64,000 nucleotides of DNA from contig CM059432.1 in NCBI GenBank assembly GCA_030390025.1, positions 84,074,001 through 84,138,000 of the forward strand, given 5' to 3'. The position numbers and the translations under genes were made by a program. Positions 37,241 through 49,810 of the stretch are shown here, one piece after another (position 1 is the first letter of the stretch; the number at the start of each line of letters is the position of its first letter). A model generated the notes under the pieces. That model was not told the origin of the DNA. It worked only from the letters and a program-made list of their open reading frames with translations, and ran no database searches. The stretch is from Squalus acanthias. Lineage: Eukaryota.

Positions 37241-39929
37241 TGTCATTCCTTTATCCAATCTTGAAACCCTTTTGACAATCACAGTCCAGAAACTTCTATA
37301 CTCTTGGCATATTAATAATCCTACTTAAAACACTCAATACATATTGCATAGCTGTGAATGTGTTGTTCAGCAATTGAGTGCTTCACTTGACACATCTGTG
37401 TATGCAGAATTGTCTCCTGTTATATTCTATTGTATATTTGCTATAATTTACCATATTAGCTCTGATGATACTAGCTTTTCAATTAAACTAAATGCACCAC
37501 AAAGTAAAGTCCTGGTGATTTTAGTTAGTGCATGTTATTTACAGGTGAAAAATGACCCCTCATATGGTGACTATATCATTTGTAAAAATTGCAGACTTGC
37601 TGAAGTACTGCCCGGAACCATATGAAACTCATGCATAATAGTTAATTAATTGATGAACTGTGATAAAAGAGCACTGCATAAACATCTATTAACATGTGGT
37701 TTCTTTGCAGTTACCATCACAGAGACCAATGTTTTGATATATATTTATCACATAGTTTAAGGAGTAATAATGATTAAAGCATGTATTTGAAAGCTGAAAA
37801 GCCTGTTTCAGCTAGCAGGATTGTAAATAATTATTTTTACCAATTATTAATTCCATCTGAAATTGCTTTTTATATAACATAATATATAATTTTCTACTTT
37901 AAACAAAGCAACTGATGTAAGATACTCTACATTAAACATAGTTACACTAAACCAAAGTTCTTAATGTACACCTGCCCATTGAAGTCCATCAAAGAAACTA
38001 ACTTCATAACATGAAATTGTCATCTTCAACCAGATAACCTATGGAATGATCTTTCTCTAATCAATACTATGTTGCACAAATTGCAAGTTATTTCCCCACT
38101 GAATATCAAATGAAAGACAGTGAATTTATACTTCTTGCAAGCTCTGAAGTCAAACCTCTTGACAAATGTGAAATTGAAAATCTCTCATCATAGCAAATGT
38201 TGTCCCTGTTTCGAAACACAGCTCCATTTAATTAGTAGACATCGTAACCTTGGTAAGATTAGCCACAATAAGAAATATTACATTTTTGATCCTCGGAAGG
38301 CTTGGCTGTTGACTTTTACAAACATATTCGTCACCTCTAAACCTATACTGACAGTCCAAGTGCACTTAATAAATTGCACCTTTTATGAAAAGAGTGATGG
38401 ATTGAAAAATGTTTAGCCAGGCTATACATAATTGATGGGTTCCCTAGCACATAGGCCCTAATAAATAATTAAAATTAATCTCATTATAGAAGTTTTCATT
38501 GTAGGATAATTTAATTAAATGACAGCCAAAGGGTTGCATAGGAATGAAAGAAAGTACTTGCTGCTGCTAGTACTCTCAGCTAATGGTTAAAACGATAGTA
38601 GAGTACCGTAATACACAAGGGTCCATGCATTATTTAATGATCCCTTTGAGACAGGAGAAAAGGGCAGATCAATGTTAACTTGTCATCTCATCAACATTTA
38701 CAAAGCACTTTCTAATAAATTACGCAAAGCAAAACTGAAAAAAATCATTAACTGTTCTATCAATATACCTTGAAATATCTTACTACTGTGCACATTTCAT
38801 TTCTGTACTAAAAAATAAACTTAAATTTCCATTATATCATAAAGTTTACCCCCAACCCAGTGGAAAACAGATCTTTTTGGTGCTCATCAAGTTAGCTCAG
38901 GTCAGCGTCTAAGTGAAAATTATAATGTATTCAGCTTGTCTATCTGTTAACAATAAAATTGATAGCACAGTCATTTGGGATTCATTAATAAGCTTTACAA
39001 GCTAGCATTGCGAGTGCTCATTCACCAGATGTACTTAGCAAAAGCATAATTTTGCAGTCCTGACTTACAAAAGATTATCTGGTTAACAGGTAGTCACTTA
39101 CACATTGCCATAAATCATCACAAAACAAAGATATTATTATTTTAGTATGAAGTACAGTGCACAAAATCCAAGAAACATTTGGGAAACATTCAATATTACA
39201 GAAGATATAGCTAAAATTTATAATATATCATCTACATATATTTTAAATATCTTGTATTTCCACACACTTCCTGTCTGTTTTCCATTATAGATTCTGTTGT
39301 TCAGATTTACAATGGAAACTGCTTATATAAACTTGTCATGCTGTAATAACAGTCTCCTGCCAGGGGAGGCGATGAAGAGCACTAGGAGGAACTTTAACAT
39401 GGAGGCGCGCGTAGGTTCAGGTGTGGGTGGGGGATTAAAGTTGGCAAAAATGCCAGCGCGTCCGGAAGCTAGCTCCAACCCACCAACTTCCGCATTTAAC
39501 TCGGGCTGGTTACGTACAACTCCTTTGGGAGAGGCGGGTTACCTATTAACATATGCTAATCTCTGAATTGGAGTGATATATCAACACACTTTTAAATTTA
39601 ACACATCCATGGGTTTCCCCAGCTTCCTGAAACTCGCCATTGAAACCAAGGCAAGAACACAACTCCAATTGACGGGGCTAATTAAAAGTCATGCAAATAC
39701 TCCAATAAATACTCAGCACTCACAGCTGCTTTCTTACTTACTAGTGGGAAAGGGTTTGTTCACAGTACTTCTGCTGAGAATATTCTTTCTACACTTTGGA
39801 GGTTTTCTGAATCAGATCAGGATGGGTGCCTCCTTGGCTGCCATAGATTGGACCTCAGATAAGGAGCAAGTTGACCATCAGTAACAGCAACAGGCTGCTG
39901 TTGACGGACCTGCAGCTAGACAGCAGAGT

Positions 39930-42318
39930 TAGAAACATAGAAAAATAGAAGCAGGAGTAGGCCATTCGGCCCTTCGAGCCTGCTCCGCCATTCAATATGA
40001 TCATGGCTGATCCTCTATCTCAATACCATATTCCCACTCTCTCCCCATACCCATAGTTGGGAACATAAGAAATAGGTGCAAGAGTAGCCCATATGGCCCC
40101 TCAAGCCTACTCCGCCATTCAATAAGATCATGGCTCAACTTCTACATCAACTCCACTTTCCCGCCCTCTCCCCATATCCCTTGAGTCCTTTCGTGCCCAA
40201 AAATTTATTGATCTCAGTCTTGAATATACTCATCAACTGAGTATCGACAGCCCTCTGGGGAAGAGAATTCCAAAGATTCACAACCCTCTGAATGAAGAAA
40301 TGTCTTCTCATCTCAGTCCTAAATGGCCGACCCCTTATCCTGAGACTATGATCTCTAGTTCTAGACTCTCCAGCCAAGGAAAACAGTTTCTCAGCATCTA
40401 CACTGTTAAGCCCTCTCAGAATTGTATACATTTCAATGAGATCACCTCTCATACTTCTAAACTCCAGAGAGTATAGGCCCATTTTACTCAATCTCTCCTC
40501 ATAGGACAGCGCTCTCATCTCAGAAATCAATCTATGTAAACCTTTGTTGCACCCCCACCCCCCCCTCCCAAGGCAAGTATTTGCTTCTTTAGGTAAGGAG
40601 AACAGAACTGTACACAGTACTCCAGGTGTGGTCTCAACAAAGTCCTATATAATTGCATCAAGACTTCCTTACTCTTATACTCCAACCCCCTTGCAATAAA
40701 GGCTAATATACCATTTGCCTTCCTAATTGCTTCCTGTGCCTGCATGTTAACATTCTGTGATTCGGGTACATACCAACATTTAAAGTCTCTCACTTTAAAA
40801 AAGAATTCTGCTTTTCCATTCTTCCTCCCAAAGTGCATAATTTCAAACTTGCCCACATTATACTTCATCTGCCACCTTCTTGCCCAATCATTATATCCCT
40901 TTGCCATTTCTTTATTCCCCATTTTAGTTTCTCCTGTCTCAGCCTTTAAGGGACCCACATTTACTTTTGCTAATCTCTTCCTTTTTACATACTTGTAAAA
41001 GCTCTTACAATGGCCCAGAAATTGGACTTCGATGGTTGCCGCGGGGGTAAGAATCCCCCGCGATATCGCACTCCGCGCCTGCCTTTATGGTTTTGGCCCG
41101 CACGAACTTCAGTTCCTGGGCCTCTCCCTGGTGCCGGCGCGCAGTGTGTGCGTGTCCCAGAGGCGCAGTTAGTTCGATGCGACCTCTGGGATCACGTGAG
41201 CCAGTTAGAGCCAATGGCAGCACACCATCTTTCATTCATAGTTTTGACAGGAAGAGCTGTCAAAGCTATGAATATAAATTGCCCCCAAAAGAACAGCTAA
41301 ACCTCAATTAAATTTTTTTTAAAAACCATCACATTAATAAAATAACTATAGTTAAATAAATTAACCACTTTAAAAAAAAATTTAATTTTTGAAAAAATTT
41401 AAATTCTTTTTAAAAGTTATAAAAATAAACTTACCTTTCTTTAAAGTCTCTAAAAAAGATAAACCTGTTGAAATTTTTTTTAAATAATACTTAATTAACT
41501 ACTTACCTTGTTAAAAGTGGGTCTTACGCCTGCTTTTTTCATGTGTAAAATCTTCAACACTTACCTTCGCGTTCAAACCTGAAAAAAAAACTAAGTGTGC
41601 TGCGTGCGCGCAACCTGTAGTGCGCACGCGGTTCACTTAGGAACCGCCCCCTTCGCAATATCGGAAGTGCCGGTTTCCCGCGCATGCGCAGTGCATGCAG
41701 GAAACCGGCACTTCGGGACCGAATATGGGTGAGTACACAGTGCGTACTCTCCCGTATTCGGACGAATTTCTGGACCAATATGTTTTTATATTTCTTGCTA
41801 GTTTACTCTCAAATTCTGTTTTCTCCCTCTTTATCAATTTCTTGGTCATCCTTTGTTGATTTTTAAACCCCTCCCAATCCTCAGGCTTACTAGTCTTTTT
41901 GGCAACATTGTAAGCCTGTTCTTTCAATCTAATACTATCCTTAACTTCTCAAGTTAGCCATGGCTATACCACTTTTCCAGTGGAGTTTTTATTCCTCAAG
42001 GGAATGTATATTCCTCGAGAATTATGAATTATTTCTTTAAATGTTTGCCATTGCTTATCTACTATTATATCTTTTAACTTAATTTCCCAATCTACCTCAG
42101 CCAATTCGCCCTTTATACCTCCGTAAGTGGCTTTGTTTAAATTTAATACCCTAGTTTCGGAGTACACTACATCACTTTCAAACTTAATACGAAAATCTAT
42201 CATGTTATAGTCACTCTTCCCCAGAGAAGCCTTAACTATAAAATGACTAATTAACCCTGTCTCATTACACAATACTAGATCTAAAATAGCCTGTTCCCTA
42301 GTTGGTTCCTCGACATAT
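39930..42318 (-). mobile_element. CR1 fragments with internal deletions, inserted in the transposase N-terminus
   Basis: PTREQAILDLV, GKSDYN, RPHLEYCVQF, RMRGDLIE-like motifs; two 3' tails in tandem. Confidence 0.9.
41012..41776. mobile_element. Harbinger-type MITE with GC-rich ends and AT-rich core
   Basis: GGCCCAGAAATT / AATTTCTGGACC, TSD AAT. Confidence 0.9.
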
Positions 42319-43150
42319 AGCCTTTGCAGCAGCACCAACAGCAACAGCCTGCTGTTGACAGACCGGCAGCTGGACAGCAGAGAGGGGAACAGCAGAGAGG
42401 GGTGCAGCTCACAGGAGCCACTACCTGCGAAACAGGGTGTACAGGCAGAGGCTGAGCTTCCTTGACATGTTGGAACAGCAATGCTTCCAGAGGCTCAGGT
42501 TGTTGCATCAGGTGGTGGCAGACATCTGCAGCCTCCTAGAAGAAGATCTGCTCCCTGCTGAACCTGGCGGCCATACATTACCAGTGGCTGTCAAAGTGAC
42601 CACCGCCCTCAACTTCTTTGCCTCTGGATCCTTCCAGGGCTTTGCCGGAGACATAGCCAGGATCTCCCAGTCGGCGGTGCACAAATGCATAAGGCAGGTC
42701 ACTGATAGGATTTTTGCCAGGGCCGGCAATTATGTGAACTTTATCTGTGATGAAGTCAGTCAGAATGAGCGGATTTGGGTTTGCGTCTCTAGCTGACTTC
42801 CCACAGGTGCACATGTCGCAATCCGTGCACCCCCAGATCAACCAGTAGTATTTGTGAACTGCAAGGGCTTCCACTCCATCAATATGTAGCTGGTGTGAAA
42901 CCACAAGAAGATATTTCTGCAGGTGTACAGAAGATTTCCGGGGAGCAGCCATAATACTTTCATCCTGTGGCAGTCCAAGCTCTTTAGACTTGGAAGCAGA
43001 CTTGGCGGCTGGCTGCTAGGAGACAGAGAATACCCCCTTCAAATTTGGCGATGACACCCATGAGCAACCCGACCGATGAAGCCCAAGAGCGCTACAATGA
43101 AAACCACAGGACCACCAGATCTGTCACTGAACAGATCTGGAGGTGCCCTT
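42319..43150 (+). pseudogene. Harbinger transposase of the outer element, decayed
   Basis: [64 protein letters not shown]. Confidence 0.9.
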
Positions 43151-45871
43151 ATCAATGCAAGGTTCAGTTACTTACCACCACTGGACCAATGTCAGAACTA
43201 CATGCAACACCCACTCTTCCCCCGCCCCCCCTCTCTGCCAATACCACTGACACAAAGCAGTTTTGGAAACAACCAACTGCCCAGTGCACATCCCCCAGTG
43301 GTGCCCGTCAATTCATGTCTTCCCACTCATCATCAGGCAAGTGAAAAGGCAAGTTGCCAGCCAGCAACTAAGAATGGGCAACATGGGAAAGTGGTGCAAA
43401 GTAATACATTTTCTGTGATTTTACTTAACAACAGAAACTTCACAACATAATATTATCTCATACATCCATGTGCATACCCTTGGTGAAATACAAAGCTTTA
43501 CTCTTACTTTTCCTACTGCTCCTACGTACTGCAACCCCCCTGGCTTCAGCAGAGGTAGAGGCAGGCTGCTCAGATCCCTGCTGTGACTGCTGAGGCGCTT
43601 TTGATGACAGCCTCTGGGTTTTGGAGCCCATGAGGGCCTTACCAAAGACTGCTCCACCTGTGCCTGTGCAGGGGCAGACTCGGCCATCGGGACAGGAGAC
43701 TGACTGAGCGGGTAGCAATGAGTGAGAAGTGGAAACACTTTGGGCAGAATTTTCATTGACCCGTGGAGGCGGGTTTGGAGGCATGTGGGGGGTTAAAATT
43801 GCGAAAACTGGCGGGCGGACACAAGCCCGCCTCCATCCCGCCTCCACGCAATTTTCATTAAATCGTGTCTGCTGGTCCCGACTCCGTCCCGCCTCCAAGA
43901 GGTGAGATAGGCCATTAAGGCACTTAACAAGCACTAAATTGCCTCTATAATGCCATTTTGAAAGGCCTTTGTGATTTTAACCCTTTTTCCATGTGAAGCA
44001 TGCCTGTTCTGAACCACGAATGTGAAACCTGGCGGTAGCACATTTGAATTGCTGACTATCAGCTGCAGCTCAACCATGAAATAGGAGATGTGATCAGCCA
44101 TCATTTGCAGTTGGCAGGACTTTGTTGTCTGAGGTCTGGGGGAACTTTTATATGGCATAACCACAGCTGTGGAAGTTTGGAGCCTGACACCCATCTCCAG
44201 TGTGACCTCCTGGGAAACCCCTCTCGCCACCTTGACTGAACGCTTCCTCAACTGAGGCATATACCAGAAGCATGGGAACCATTTATTTCCTTTCCTCCTG
44301 GACATCAGATTCGGACGAGGACCAGCCGTGGCAGCAGCAGAACCATGAACAACAGCACCTACTCAGAAGGACTTCCATGAAGGTCTGGTTTCTGTGTTCA
44401 ATAGATGACCATTGCTCCTCAAGAGATGCAAGTCTATTCTGAACAATGACCATGTTTTCTACACTCTGGCGACTTATCTCCTCCATAGCCGTAACCATCC
44501 TCTCCTCTACTGTAGCCATCCTTTCCACGGAGGTTGCCATCCTTTCCGTGGTGATGCGTTCATGCGCCAATGACTCCACAAAGGCTCTGCTCATGTTCGC
44601 TATCGACTCCTCCATTCGCTCCATACTTGCAGCGACCCTGGAGACAAAACCTGCCAGAGACTTATGCATCAGTTCCTGGAGTTCCAGCACCGCTGATCTT
44701 ATGGATGTACCCAGAGGCAGAGGATTGACATGCAGCTGAGCCGACCTAGGAGAGTCCTGCACCCTCCGACTAGGACTCTCCACTGCTGTCCATCTCCACT
44801 ATCTGCTGATGCTCACTTGTGAGCTGTGATACACCAGTTGACAACACTACTCTATCTCGCGATGTTCCCTCCGAGGTGTGAGTGTCTGCGCTGGTGCTGG
44901 GTGCGCTGAATTCTGCTGACGCGGCGCCCTCAGAGGTTGCAGCTTCCTCTGAGGATTGGTGAGGCTCATGCTCTTCCTCCTGGATGGTGGGGATGGCTGC
45001 TCGCGATGCTCCTGGGGGGGATTAAAGGAAAGAGTCAGAGATGTGAGTCCAAGGTTACATGCACATTGCATTTGCAGATGATCATAAGTCAGTCTGCTGG
45101 AGCATCAAAATCATTATCAGTGACTCATGCAATGTCAAAGAGAGAGACGATAAACTATTCTGTCACCAGCTTGGTCTGATGCACCCATCTGTCCATCCCC
45201 CACTTGCGCATCCTCCTCCACTCCCATGATCTCCAGGACCGCCTCCTCCCAGGTGGTGAGCTGGGCTACTGAGGGTGGCCCTCCTCCTGTCCTCGCTCTT
45301 TCCCCCTTATTGTGAGCTCTCTTTTCCTGCAATGAGGGAGACAAGTGGAGTTTGAGTGAGAATGAAGGAGTGAGTGTAGAGAATCTATAGGTACCAATGA
45401 TATAGGTAAAAAACGGGATGAGGTCCTAAAAGCTGAATATAGGAGGTAAATTAAAAAATAGGACATCAAAGGTAGTAATCTCAGGATTGCTACTGGTGCC
45501 ACGTGCTAGTCAGAGTAGAAATAGAAGGATATTTCAGATGAATATGTGGCTAGAGGAATGGTGCAAGGGGGAGGGATTCAAATTACTGAGACATTGGAAC
45601 CAGTTCTGGGGGAGGTGGGACCAGTACAAACTGGACGGTTTGCACCTGGGCAGGACTGGGACCAATGTCCTAGGGGGAGTGTTTGCGAGTGCTGTTGGGG
45701 AGGGTTTAAACTAAAATGGCAGGGGGTTGGGAACCTGTGCAGGGAAACAGAGGAAAGGGAAGCAAGGATAGAAGCAAAAGACAGGAAGGAGAAAAGCAAA
45801 AGTGGAAGGCAGAGAAATCAAGGGTGTAAATCAAACAGGGCTACAGTAAATAATAATTCTAAAAGGACTAA

Positions 45872-46776
45872 GGGGGAAAAATTCAGTTGGTTGCGCCTCC
45901 CGTTAGCGCCTTAAGAGGGCGCTAATGGGGCGCAAAGCCGCTAACGCCCGGGCGCAGCGATGTTTGCGCCGCTCGAGAACTTAACTTGAGATTGTGCGGC
46001 GGCGCTAAAACTTACCGCTGCGACCACCTGCGCGCGCAGATTGTGACGTCATTCCATGGTGCAACGCCCTTGGGGCGCCCCGTAGCGGAAATTGAGTGGT
46101 GCCCCCTGCCTTACCGCCTGGCGCTTCCAACGACCAGAAGACTGGAACGCTATCAATCGCTGTGGGGCTGGGGGGGCGCTATTTAAAGGGGGCCTCTTCC
46201 TGTCTTTTATTGTTGGTGGCATTTTTGAACTACGCATTCTGAGAGAGAGAGGGAGAGACTTCTGGAGAGATTCAACGTTGTGTGAAGGAGTTTTGGGTAC
46301 TGAGCAGCACTTTGCAGGTTCATTTTGATTTGCCATTCCTTGTATCGATTTAGCAGAGACTGTGGGAGCTGCACTCTGAGCTCTTTGCCTGGTACGCTCC
46401 ATTGTTCTTTCCAGCACATTTGATGTGCAAGTCCTCTCCAGGCCGAGATTCAAGGCAGCAATGAACAGGATGTGGATGGAAAGCAAGATTAACCATCCCC
46501 TTTAAGAACTGGCCCGTGCCATTGTGTGTGTGTTCCATTGCTGACTGACATTACATGAGCTTCGCCAGCGCTCGCGAGTTAGCGGCCTCACTGCTCGGCC
46601 TTTGCGCCTTAAGAGAGGTGTGCAGGGTGCAGCCCTTGCTTTTAGCGCTCCACTCACCTCCCCGGGGCGGTAAAAGTGAAGTTTCCTGTCAGTGCGATTA
46701 ATTAGCGCCAAGGCGCAATATTTGCGCGTCGGACGATATTTTGCTCCCCAAATGGGGCGCGACCTAATTTTACCCC
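45872..46776 (-). mobile_element. ~0.9-kb Harbinger MITE, copy 1
   Basis: GGGGGAAAAATT / AATTTTACCCC, TSD TAA. Confidence 0.95.
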
Positions 46777-46809
46777 TAAGAGTGTTAAAAAAACAAGCCT
46801 GAAGGCTTT

Positions 46810-47699
46810 GGGGTAGAAATTAGGTCGCGCCCCATTTGGGGCGCAAATATCGTCCGAGCGCAAATATTAGCGCCGGCGCTAATTATCGGCACTGACAGGA
46901 AACTTCACTTTTACCGCCCCGGGAGGTGAGTGAGCGCTAAAGCAGGCGCTGCACACCTCTCTTAAGGCGCAAAGGCCGAGCAGTGAGGCGCTAACTCGGA
47001 GCGCTGGCGAAGCTCATGTAATGTCAGTCAGCAATGGAACACACACACAATGGCACGGGCCAGTTCTTAAAGGGGATGGTTAATCTTGCTTTCCATCCAC
47101 ATCCTGTTCATTGCTGCCTTGAATCTCGGCCTGGAGAGACTTGCACATCAAATGTGCTGGAAAGAACAATGGAGCGTACCAGGCAAAGAGCTCAGAGTGC
47201 AGCTCCCACAGTCTCTGCTAAATCGATACAAGGAATGGCAAATCAAAATGAACCTGCAAAGTGCTGCTCAGTACCCAAAACTCCTTCACACAATGTTGAA
47301 TCTCTCCAGAAGTCTCTCCCTCTCTCTCTCAGAATGCGTAGTTCAAAAATGCCACCAACAATAAAAGACAGGAAGAGGCCCCCTTTAATTAGCGCCCCCC
47401 CAGCCCCACAGCGATTGATAGCGTTCCAGTCTTCTGGTCGTTGGAAGCGCCAGGCGGTAAGGCAGGGGGCGCCACTCAATTTCCGCTACGGGGCGCCACA
47501 AGGGCGTTGCACCATGGAATGACGTCACAATCTGCGCGTGCAGGTGGTCGCAGCGGTAAGTTTTAGCGCCGCCGCACAATCTCAAGTTAAGTTCTCAAGC
47601 GGCGCAAACATCGCTGCGCCCGGGCGTTAGCGGCTTTGCGCCCCATTAGCGCCCTCTTAAGGCGCTAACGGGAGGCGCAACCAACTGAATTTTTCCCCC
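46810..47699 (+). mobile_element. ~0.9-kb Harbinger MITE, copy 2 (inverted relative to copy 1)
   Basis: GGGGTAGAAATT / AATTTTTCCCCC, TSD TTT. Confidence 0.95.
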
Positions 47700-48923
47700 T
47701 TTGTGTCTTAATGCGAGGAGCATTCGTAATAAGGTGAATGAATTAGCTGTGCAAATAGATGTAAACGGATATGATATAATTGGGATTACGGAGACATGGC
47801 TCCAGGGTGACCAAGGCTGGGAATTCAACATCCAGGGGTATTCAATATTCAGGAAGGACAGACAAAAAGGAAAAGGAGGTGGGGTAGCATTGCTGGTTAA
47901 AGAGGAGATTAACACATAGTAAGGAAGGATATTAGCTCTGATGATGTGGAATCTGTATGGGTAGAGCTGAGAAATGCCAAGGGGCAGAAAACGTTAGTGG
48001 GAGTTGTATACAGACCCCCAAACAGTAATGCTGAGGTTGGGTATGGCATTAAATGGGAAATTAGAGACGCGTGCAATAAGGGCACAGCTGTTATCATGGG
48101 TGACTTTAATCTACATATAGATTGGGCTAACCAAATTAGTAACAATACTGTGGAGGAGGAATTCCTAGAGTGTATAAGGGATGGTTTCCTGGACCAATAT
48201 GTCGAGGAACAAACTAGAGATCAGGCTATCTTAGACTGGGTATTATGTAATGAGAAAGGATTAATTAGCAATCTTGTTGTGCGAGGCCCCTTGGGGAGAA
48301 GCGATCATAATATGATAGAATTCTTCATTAAGATGGAGAGTGAAGTAGTTGACTCAGAGACTAGGGTCCTGAATTTAAATAAAGGAAACTACGATGGTAT
48401 GAGGCGCGAGTTGGCTAGGATGGATTGGGGAATGTTACTTAAAGGGTTGACGGTGGATAGGCAATGGCAAACATTTAAAGATCGCATGGATGAACTACAG
48501 AATTTGTTCATCCCTGTTTGGCATAAAAATAAAACAAAAAAGGTGACTCAACCGTGGCTAACAAGGGAAATTAGGGATAGCATAAGATCCAAGGAGAGGA
48601 CATATAAATTGGCCAGAAAAAGCAGCAAACCTGAGAACTGGGAGCAGTTTAGGATTCAGCAAAAGAGGACAAAGGGATTAATTAAGAGGGGGAAAATAGA
48701 ATATGAGAGTAAGCTTGCTGGGAACATAAAAACTGACTGTAAAAGCTTCTATCGATATGTGAAGAGAAAAAGATTAGTGAAGTCAAGCGTAGGTCCCTTG
48801 CAGTCAGAATCAGGGGAATTCATAATGGGGAACAAAGAAATGGCAGACCAATTAAATACATACTTTGGTTCTGTCTTCACAAAGGAGGACACAAACAACC
48901 TCCCAGAGAGGTCGGGGAACATA

Positions 48924-49810
48924 GGGGGAAAAATTAGGTCGCGCCCCATTTGGGGCGCAAATATCGTCTGGACGCAAATATTAGCGCCTGGCGCTAATTA
49001 TCGGCACTGACTGGAAACTTCACTTTTACCGCCCCGGGAGGTGAGTGGAGCGCTAAATCAGGCGCTGCACACCTGTCTTAAGGCGCAAAGGCCAAGGAGT
49101 GAGGCGCTACCTCAGAGCGCTGGCGAAGTTCATGTAATGTCAGTCAGCAATGGAACACACACACAATGGCACGGGCCAGTTCTTAAAGGGGATGGTTAAT
49201 CTTGCTTTCCATCCACATCCTGTTCATTGCAGCCTTGAATCTCGGCCTGGAGAGACTTGCACATCAAATGTGCTGGAAAGAACAATGGAGAGTACCAGGC
49301 AAAGAGCTCAGAGTGCAGCTCCCACAGTCTCTGCTAAATCGATACAAGGAATGGCAAATCAAAATGAACCTGCAAAGTGCTGCTCAGTACCCAAAACTCC
49401 TTCACACAACGTTGAATCTCTCCAGAAGTCTCTCCCTCTCGCTCTCAGAATGCGTAGTTCAAAAATGCCACCAACAATAAAAGACAGGAAGAGGCCCCCT
49501 TTAAATAGCGCCCCCCCCCCAGCGATTGATAGCGTTCCAGTCTTCTGGTCGTTGGATGCGCCAGGCGGTAAGGCAGGGGGCGCCACTCAATTTCCGCTCC
49601 GGGGCGCCACAAGGGCGTTGCACCATGGAATGACGTCACAATCTGCGCGCGCAGGTGGTCGCAGCGGTAAAGTTTAGCGCCGCCGCACAATCTCTAGTTA
49701 AGTTCCCGAGCGGCGCAAACATCACTGCGCCCGGGCGTTAGCGGCTTTGCGTCCCATTAGCGCCCTCTTAAGGCGCTAACGGGAGGCGCAACCAACTGAA
49801 TTTTTACCCC
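48924..49810 (+). mobile_element. ~0.9-kb Harbinger MITE, copy 3
   Basis: GGGGGAAAAATT / AATTTTTACCCC, TSD ATA. Confidence 0.95.

Noticed and set aside
38120..38416. 98-aa ORF in the repeat-free island as a host exon
   Set aside because: No recognisable domain or convincing splice context; length expected by chance. Small host exons elsewhere cannot be excluded
44440..44640. Short periodic repeats (ERMAT/ERMVT) as a CRISPR-like array
   Set aside because: Heptad coding repeats in the Myb gene C-terminus; no constant repeat with unique spacers
47034..47522. Repeated 162-175 aa ORF (MEHTHNGTGQ...) as a novel gene family
   Set aside because: Lies inside the MITE, differs by frameshifts among the three copies, has no recognisable domain; recurrence simply reflects recent copying
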